DNA of 64,000 nucleotides from a virus (Duplodnaviria; Heunggongvirae; Uroviricota; Caudoviricetes): IMG/VR virus record IMGVR_UViG_3300020045_008999, positions 1 to 64,000 of that record; one strand, 5' to 3'. Shown piece by piece: positions 57,923 to 64,000 of this stretch (position 1 is its first letter; each line of letters starts with the position of its first letter). The notes under the pieces were generated by a model. It saw only the letters and a program-made list of their open reading frames with translations, ran no database searches and was not told where the DNA came from. The position numbers and the translations under genes were made by a program.

Positions 57923-58370
57923 ATCGACAAATGTAGATCCACCTAAAATTATTAAATTTATACCACCACATTCAATTTCAATGGGTGAGAATTTTTATTA
58001 TATTTCAACATTTAAAAAGGGTAAGTACAATCCGACAGTTGAGAATTACCGGATCATAATTAGAGGGGTTGATACTGGGGTTGAAATGATATTAGCACTT
58101 GAGGCACGTGAGAATTTTTTTGGTCGACCAGTTAGCTATATGATTAATATAATCAAAGTTTCCGAATACATAACCCCGACACATATAAAAGGTGAAAATA
58201 AGCGATATAATTATTACAAATACTCTGATGATCCTAATACCGTTGCTGATTTTTTCAAACTCTGGATAAGTAATGATCCCATGGTGTCCGTTGGTGGGCA
58301 TACCCACCAATTTATTTCTTCTATGAAAAATTATCAAGGTAGTTATGAATTTAATGCTATTAAGTATTAA
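57909..58370 (+). CDS. Hypothetical protein (start moved to the internal Met MNPLK)
   Basis: The ORF-track start at 57870 would overlap the upstream gene by 53 bp; the second ATG reduces the overlap to 14 bp. Confidence 0.35.
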   Translation: MNPLKSTNVDPPKIIKFIPPHSISMGENFYYISTFKKGKYNPTVENYRIIIRGVDTGVEMILALEARENFFGRPVSYMINIIKVSEYITPTHIKGENKRYNYYKYSDDPNTVADFFKLWISNDPMVSVGGHTHQFISSMKNYQGSYEFNAIKY

Positions 58371-59035
58371 ATGCTAGTTTTAGTTACCCAACACCATTGC
58401 ATACACCAAGAAACCAATGATTCATATGAAACATATGATCTGAAGTGTATAGTTCCATTTTCGATTGGACAGTTGGACAGTGTAGAAGAATATCAGCATT
58501 TACTAGATTATATAGATACGTATGTTACTATAAGCAATTATGATCTTATTTCATTTACCGCATTCCAATATTATATTCAGATGTATGGACGAATTGTTGT
58601 AAATGTGGGTGAATTATATATCGATGGGGTGAAAATGTTCGTGAGTTTGTTTGATGCCACACACCCACTATCAAAATCCATCACGAGAACTTTATTAATC
58701 GATAAATTACTAGAATGTTAATTTTGGCCAAATTCAATAATATATATCCGGATAAGCACATTTATAGATTAAAAGAAATAAATATCATTTCATACTATGA
58801 TATGTCATTTGATAATGCTTGTACCAATTTTAATCAAGTATTGGTGTGGATAAAAAAACATTATACACGTGATCTACACTTAGATTATACCGACTTCACA
58901 CAACAGTTGTATAGTAATGGTTTTTGTTCATTGAACAATATTCAAAGTATTAATAATATCATTTTTATTAATGCAGATCATTCTAATTTTAGGCATTTAA
59001 AAAGAGAATTTTCGATTGCAGAATTATTGAAGTAG
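58371..59035 (+). other. Two hypothetical ORFs (58371-58721, 58715-59035)
   Basis: 116 and 106 aa with overlapping stop/start. Confidence 0.35.
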
Positions 59036-59077
59036 TATATATCGTAGTTGAATATAAAATAATAATTTTCATAACAC

Positions 59078-59875
59078 ATGACAAATTCAATTAAAGTAAT
59101 AGAGAAAAATAAAATTGATTCAATTTGTACTAAGTACGGAATTGAAAATTACAAAATTAACTTAGATGGGTCGATTGATGTGAATGGCTCGGTAGACCTG
59201 GCGCAATATTCCTTGAGTGAAATTCCGCTTAAATTCAATAATGTTAGTGGAGATTTTTACTGCTGTGATAATAACCTAACTACATTGGTGGGCGCGCCTA
59301 CTACAGTTGGTGGTAATTTTAATTGTGGACATAATATCCTATCTAATTTAGAGGGTGCGCCACATACCGTAGGTGGTGATTGCTTTATGACACATTGTTC
59401 CTTAACATCACTTTTTGGTGGTCCAAAAGAAGTAATTGGTGGTTACATTGTTAGTAATAATCACTTAACTACATTAGAGGGTGCCCCGGATAGTTGTCAT
59501 TTATTTAGCTGTGATCGTAATTTATTATCAAGTCTAATTGGTGCACCATCACGCATAACTGAATTTTTTAGTTGCGAACACAATCATTTATTGGACCTGG
59601 TTGGTGTGCCCTTATTTATTGGCGGTGACCTATACATTTCAGATAACAGTAACATGACTAGTCTACATTCTGGTGATGTTGATATTGAATTGATGCCATT
59701 TAAGGAATTAATATGCACTGGTACTAAACTCCCACGAAGCATACGATTGAATATGATTCACATTCACCTAATATTGAAGTATCAGCGATATTTCATGATA
59801 TGGGATGCGAATTACACTTTAAATGTAAATAATTTTAACGATCTAATTACCGAAATAAATGATGGGTTAGAATAA
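59078..59875 (+). CDS. LRR-like repeat family protein, subfamily A (longest; ~8 repeat units)
   Basis: N-terminal EKNKIDSICTKYGIENYKINLDGSIDVNGSV and C-terminal LILKYQRYFMIWDANYTLNVNNFNDLITEINDGLE. Confidence 0.6.
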   Translation: MTNSIKVIEKNKIDSICTKYGIENYKINLDGSIDVNGSVDLAQYSLSEIPLKFNNVSGDFYCCDNNLTTLVGAPTTVGGNFNCGHNILSNLEGAPHTVGGDCFMTHCSLTSLFGGPKEVIGGYIVSNNHLTTLEGAPDSCHLFSCDRNLLSSLIGAPSRITEFFSCEHNHLLDLVGVPLFIGGDLYISDNSNMTSLHSGDVDIELMPFKELICTGTKLPRSIRLNMIHIHLILKYQRYFMIWDANYTLNVNNFNDLITEINDGLE

Positions 59876-59921
59876 CACTTAGAGAGCTTATCTGAACACT
59901 GGGTTATTTAATGTATAATAA

Positions 59922-60035
59922 ATGAAAAAACTAGTAACTCAATTTCAGAAAAACCGCATAAATCGGTAATGTGTGAAATACTTAATATATAATTATACGA
60001 TAAATCGTGATGGTGTAATGGATCTTTGACATAAC
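59922..60035 (+). pseudogene. Decayed N-terminal fragment of a subfamily-A gene (paralogous to the 5' end of 61787-62392, with a duplicated upstream region)
   Basis: MKKLVTQFQKNRINR* versus intact MKNLVTQFQKNHIDQICAEY. The DNA is same-length; substitutions create TAA. Upstream gggttatttaatgtataataaatg versus gggttatttaatatatactaaatg. Confidence 0.6.
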
Positions 60036-60132
60036 ACCGATTGGCGGTCACTCTATCCTTTTACATCTTCCACTAAAATACAAACTTTGTAAATAAATAT
60101 TTCAGAGTAAAGCTACCAATGTTGGTATAATC

Positions 60133-60876
60133 CTATTGTAGTCCATCTTCGATTTCATCCAACAACTCTAGTAAAGCATCTTCGTTTAGTGATAGATCAT
60201 CATTCCAAATTAAAAAATGTCGTTGGTACTTTAGTATTAGTTTAATATGTTTTAAATTATATTTTATCAACGATGGTAAAGCATAACAATTATTAAAATT
60301 TGCACTACCCACCACCTCAACATCTACCTCGCCAGAAAATGTACTTTTCAATAAACTTTTATAACTTTGTGAAAAGCAGTCCAAATTACGACCAATGTAT
60401 TCAGGTGCACCATTTAACGTCTCTATCGGATTGTTACGACAATCAAATGTCCACTTAACCCGGTGAGGTCCACCAATTAATGTTTTTAGTTTATTATTGT
60501 TACAAAAAAAAGAGTCATTGATTATTTTGGTAGATCCTTTTAAGGTAATTAATTTATTCTCACAACAATTAAAAACTTTACCAACCGTTAAGGGGGAATA
60601 TTCTAATGATGTCAACATATTATTAGCGCATATGAAATTACCACCAACATGTTTAGGTGATCCTTCCAAAGATGTTAAGTTATTCTGATTGCAATAAAAG
60701 CTACCAGATACATTATTGAATTTTAGTGGCAACTTCGTCAATTTTAGATCATCTAAGAATACATCACTATCACTATTAACGGATCCATCTGAGTTAATCG
60801 AATAGTACATGATGCTATACTGTTTACACAATAATTCAATTTGTTCCATCTGTACTTTTGTGATTAAATTTGTCAT
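60133..60876 (-). CDS. LRR-like repeat family protein, subfamily A (start at the second Met, MTNLITK)
   Basis: C-terminal LILKYQRHFLIWNDDLSLNEDALLELLDEIEDGLQ. Head-to-head with 60921-61664. Confidence 0.6.
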   Translation of the reverse strand: MTNLITKVQMEQIELLCKQYSIMYYSINSDGSVNSDSDVFLDDLKLTKLPLKFNNVSGSFYCNQNNLTSLEGSPKHVGGNFICANNMLTSLEYSPLTVGKVFNCCENKLITLKGSTKIINDSFFCNNNKLKTLIGGPHRVKWTFDCRNNPIETLNGAPEYIGRNLDCFSQSYKSLLKSTFSGEVDVEVVGSANFNNCYALPSLIKYNLKHIKLILKYQRHFLIWNDDLSLNEDALLELLDEIEDGLQ

Positions 60877-60920
60877 ATGATATATATTAAATATGTTCTG
60901 TGTAAATTTATATATAGTAT

Positions 60921-61664
60921 ATGACAAATTTAATAACACAAGAACAAAAAAACAAAATTGATGATTTATGTACTGAGTTCCAAATTTACAACTATACTAT
61001 AAATTCGGATGGTTCCATCGACGTTGATGGTAGTGTGTCAATTTTCAATAGAGGACTTACTAAATTACCAATTGTGTTTAATAATGTGACTCGTAGTTTT
61101 ACATGCAGCCATAATGATCTCACTACACTTGAAGGTGCCCCAAGAAAAGTAGGGGAAGACTTCAATTGTAATCATAACAAATTAACAACTATGGAACATT
61201 CACCATTATGGGTTGGTGGTGGTATCTGGTGCAATGAAAATAGATTAACAAGCCTAGAGCATTCACCAAAACACGTAGGTGGTGTATTTCATTGTGGTGA
61301 AAACCAGATTACTTCGTTAGTAGGACTACCCAACAGAATTGGTAGAACATTATTATGTTACGATAATCGCATTACAACACTGGTAGGGGCACCTGAATAT
61401 ATTGGGGGCGACCTAGGTGTTTATATAAATAAATTACACAATACATATTCAGGTGATATTGATATAGAAGTCGGTGGGAAAATTACAATAAATACAAGCA
61501 TTTATGACATTGTAAAATTGCCAAAAATGTTACGTGAAAATTTACAACATATTAAACTAATACTAAAGTATCAACGACATTTTTTAATTTGGAATGATGA
61601 TATGTCTTTAAACGAAGAAAACTTCCAGATACTAATTGAAGAAATTAAAGACGGGCTGGAATAG
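60921..61664 (+). CDS. LRR-like repeat family protein, subfamily A
   Basis: N-terminal MTNLITQEQKNKIDDLCTEFQIYNYTINSDGSIDVDGSV and C-terminal LILKYQRHFLIWNDDMSLNEENFQILIEEIKDGLE. Confidence 0.6.
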   Translation: MTNLITQEQKNKIDDLCTEFQIYNYTINSDGSIDVDGSVSIFNRGLTKLPIVFNNVTRSFTCSHNDLTTLEGAPRKVGEDFNCNHNKLTTMEHSPLWVGGGIWCNENRLTSLEHSPKHVGGVFHCGENQITSLVGLPNRIGRTLLCYDNRITTLVGAPEYIGGDLGVYINKLHNTYSGDIDIEVGGKITINTSIYDIVKLPKMLRENLQHIKLILKYQRHFLIWNDDMSLNEENFQILIEEIKDGLE

Positions 61665-61786
61665 ATAATACTTAATCTGAAACAATCGGTGGAAGTACTA
61701 AACTAGTCTGATACAGAATGGTGTAAATACAATTAACAAAAACCACATCTATTAAACTAATAGATGGGTTATTTAATATATACTAA

Positions 61787-62392
61787 ATGAAAAACCTGGT
61801 AACACAATTTCAAAAAAACCACATAGATCAGATATGTGCGGAATACTTAATATATAATTATACTATAAATTCTGATGGTTCTATTGATGTCATTGGACAT
61901 GTTGATCTTAGTAATAGTTCTTTAAATAAGATACCTATTAAATTCAATAAAGTAAGTGGGGATTTCAATTGCATGCGCAATAATCTAAAGAGTTTAGTAA
62001 ATGCCCCTATTCAGGTTGGTGGCAGTTTCAGTTGTCGCGAAAATAAAATCAAATCATTAATGGGTTCCCCTAGAACTGTTGGTGGTAACTTCATATGTTC
62101 TGATAATAAAATAACCGATTTGAATGGGGCCCCTGGAGAAATAGGCGGACAGTTTATAGCGTTCCACACTAATTTGAAAAGCACTTATTCCGGTGAAACT
62201 GATATTGTTTCTAATGGTGATATTTATATAAATGGGAATTTGGCATTAGAAAAAAAGATAACAGAAAACTTAAAACATATTAAATTGATTCTAAAGTATC
62301 AACGGCATTTTTTTATATGGAATGATGATCACACACTCAATGTTGATAATTTCAATGATTTATTAGCAGATATAAATGATGGGTTAGAATAA
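61787..62392 (+). CDS. LRR-like repeat family protein, subfamily A
   Basis: N-terminal MKNLVTQFQKNHIDQICAEYLIYNYTINSDGSIDVIGHV and C-terminal LILKYQRHFFIWNDDHTLNVDNFNDLLADINDGLE. Confidence 0.6.
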   Translation: MKNLVTQFQKNHIDQICAEYLIYNYTINSDGSIDVIGHVDLSNSSLNKIPIKFNKVSGDFNCMRNNLKSLVNAPIQVGGSFSCRENKIKSLMGSPRTVGGNFICSDNKITDLNGAPGEIGGQFIAFHTNLKSTYSGETDIVSNGDIYINGNLALEKKITENLKHIKLILKYQRHFFIWNDDHTLNVDNFNDLLADINDGLE

Positions 62393-62393
62393 A

Positions 62394-62702
62394 TTACATT
62401 TGAAATGATGATATATTTTCCCGTCCTCGTTTATTAGCTTTAAAGCACGTCACCGTTATTACATCAATTGATGTTATTTGTCTAGAATATGTGGAATTTG
62501 TCATAAATTCACTAGTTTTTAAATCACCATATACCATTCGATATCCGAGCCCATTATTGAAAATGATACGCCAGTGTTTGGATTTCCGCGGGATTCGTTT
62601 CCCCGATTTTCTATAAATTTGTTTTCTAAGAAGCTTTCTGATTTGTGTAACATCAGTTATATCACCATTATCAATTTTTTGTATAATTTCCTTTGATTTC
62701 AT
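62394..62702 (-). CDS. Hypothetical basic protein
   Basis: 102-aa ORF, convergent with 61787-62392. Confidence 0.35.
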   Translation of the reverse strand: MKSKEIIQKIDNGDITDVTQIRKLLRKQIYRKSGKRIPRKSKHWRIIFNNGLGYRMVYGDLKTSEFMTNSTYSRQITSIDVITVTCFKANKRGRENISSFQM

Positions 62703-62868
62703 TTGTGTTATTTTTTAAAACCCAAATATATAATTATTAATTTACTTAAACAAGTCTTAATGATTTTTATATTAATTATAAATTAAATTGATTTTTGTCG
62801 AAATGTCGTTTTTTTTATTATATTTGTATCATAAACTAACAAACATAACTAACAATAAATTTACACAT

Positions 62869-63624
62869 ATGAATTTTTCACTAGTATTCAAGAATTTACG
62901 CCGATCTGAAAATTTAACACAAGGTGAATTGGCAAATAAATTATCCATCAGTAGAAGTGCTATTGCCCAAATAGAAAGCTCCAATAATAATCCATCAAGA
63001 AATTTGATATTAAATTTAATGGAAGTATTTGTAATTGCTGCTGATTTGAGAAAGGAATTGGTCGACTATGCTAACGGTAATAAGGGTATATTTAAAGTGA
63101 GTGATGCCATGGTCGATGCTGTGCCAGCTGAGGTTGCCGATAAAATATGGGGTGAGCGTGAAATAGTTGAAAAGGTAGGAATACTGATCGGGTTGAAACG
63201 GTCCCCAAGCCATAAACCTATTTCGGTTATGGAAGCGGGTGAATATGAGTATTTCATACGTAGTAACGAATCCTTGTTTAGTATAGTACCAAACTTGGCA
63301 TTAGAATTGTCAAATTTTTTCAATCAACATAAATTTGGGTCTAGTGAAATAACCTATATGGACTTTCAACAATTCGGATTCAAGGTAGAACATTGTGATA
63401 GTAACTGGTGTAAGTTTTACAAACGAACAAATGATAGTGAAATAAGTGGAAAATTTTATTTCAAAGATAGTGCTACCGCTTCAAAAAATCACCTAATGAT
63501 TTCCAATTGGGTAAATAATAAGGGGGTGAACTGTTTCAATGGGACTATACATAGTAAAAAATTCCTATTTGAAGTATTGGTATCAGTTGGGTGCATGACA
63601 AGCATGGAGGTGAGTGGATTATAA
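62869..63624 (+). CDS. XRE-family (Cro/C1-type HTH) transcriptional regulator with C-terminal domain
   Basis: Internal ATG gives MNFSLVFKNLRRSENLTQGELANKLSISRSAIAQIESSNNNPSRNLILNL, a classic HTH_3 signature. Confidence 0.6.
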   Translation: MNFSLVFKNLRRSENLTQGELANKLSISRSAIAQIESSNNNPSRNLILNLMEVFVIAADLRKELVDYANGNKGIFKVSDAMVDAVPAEVADKIWGEREIVEKVGILIGLKRSPSHKPISVMEAGEYEYFIRSNESLFSIVPNLALELSNFFNQHKFGSSEITYMDFQQFGFKVEHCDSNWCKFYKRTNDSEISGKFYFKDSATASKNHLMISNWVNNKGVNCFNGTIHSKKFLFEVLVSVGCMTSMEVSGL

Positions 63625-63625
63625 A

Positions 63626-63660
63626 TAAAAAGACCGTTCAATTAATGAACGGTCTTTTCT
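63626..63660. terminator. Bidirectional terminator (agaccgttca..tgaacggtct with A/T tracts), serving the HTH gene and the minus-strand tRNA cluster
   Basis: Read from sequence. Confidence 0.65.
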
Positions 63661-63661
63661 G

Positions 63662-63735
63662 TTTCCCCGACTGGGTACGATCCAGTAGTCTGCATATTAA
63701 AAGTATGCGGCTTTATCCGTTTAAGCTACGGGGAA
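63662..63735 (-). tRNA. tRNA-Lys (anticodon TTT)
   Basis: Reverse complement TTCCCCGTAGCTTAAACGGATAAAGCCGCATACTTTTAATATGCAGACTACTGGATCGTACCCAGTCGGGGAA. All four stems are perfect. T-loop is ATCGTAC. Confidence 0.6.
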
Positions 63736-63738
63736 TTT

Positions 63739-63813
63739 TGGGTGAATGAGGAATTTCGAAATCCCGACTTCTCGTACCACAAACGAGCGTTCTGCCTCTG
63801 AACTACAAACACC
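63739..63813 (-). tRNA. tRNA-His (anticodon GTG) with G-1 and encoded CCA; acceptor and T-arm imperfect
   Basis: Reverse complement G-GTGTTTG TA GTTC AGAGGCA GAAC G CTCGT TTGTGGT ACGAG AAGTC GGGAT TTCGAAA TTCCT CATTCAC C CCA. Two T-T mismatches in the acceptor stem and a T53-T61 pair. Confidence 0.4.
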
Positions 63814-63821
63814 ATATTTAG

Positions 63822-63895
<74 letters not shown>

Positions 63896-63899
63896 TTTG

Positions 63900-63970
63900 C
63901 GCGCCGACTAGGATTCGAACCTAGAACATTGGTTTTGGAGACCAATATGATACCATTTCAGCATCGACGC
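63900..63970 (-). tRNA. tRNA-Trp (anticodon CCA)
   Basis: Reverse complement GCGTCGATGCTGAAATGGTATCATATTGGTCTCCAAAACCAATGTTCTAGGTTCGAATCCTAGTCGGCGCG. Anticodon stem and T-arm are perfect. Confidence 0.65.
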
Positions 63971-64000
63971 ATATTAACATAAAAAACCCGAACAATTTGA

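Overview
The window is AT-rich (roughly 30% GC) and densely coding. It carries bacterial-type rho-independent terminators, lipobox lipoproteins, a peptidoglycan-binding muramidase endolysin, a holin-like ORF, and a block of very large Thr/Gly/Ala/Asn-rich ORFs at 35.1-40.5 kb that look like tail fibers. I read it as part of a large (jumbo-type) tailed bacteriophage genome from a low-GC bacterial host. The window carries host-like genes: tyrosyl-tRNA synthetase, a zinc-ribbon-DHFR fusion, a LemA-NfeD-flotillin membrane module, a family-2 glycosyltransferase next to a glycosyltransferase-methyltransferase fusion, MazG, a low-molecular-weight phosphatase-like protein, a SprT-like protease and a ParB-like nuclease. 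Six tRNA genes sit in two minus-strand clusters: Tyr and Met near 21 kb, and Lys, His, Phe and Trp at 63.7-64.0 kb. The dominant feature is a family of 15 paralogous genes in two subfamilies, covering about 9 kb. They encode LRR-like 21-23 aa repeats between conserved N- and C-terminal modules, vary in repeat number, and are often arranged head-to-head or tail-to-tail. A hot spot at 59-62.4 kb holds four members plus a decayed N-terminal fragment. Other points worth a second look are a perfect 88-bp inverted repeat (1-88 / 1483-1570) bracketing a GC-rich cassette that encodes a secreted SH3b protein, an r1t-like holin and an HTH protein; an 806-aa protein with an N-terminal GHKL (Bergerat) ATPase signature; and unusual T-arms in two of the tRNAs. 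I found no CRISPR array, reverse transcriptase, integrase or transposase. All calls rest on motifs read by eye; none was checked against a database.
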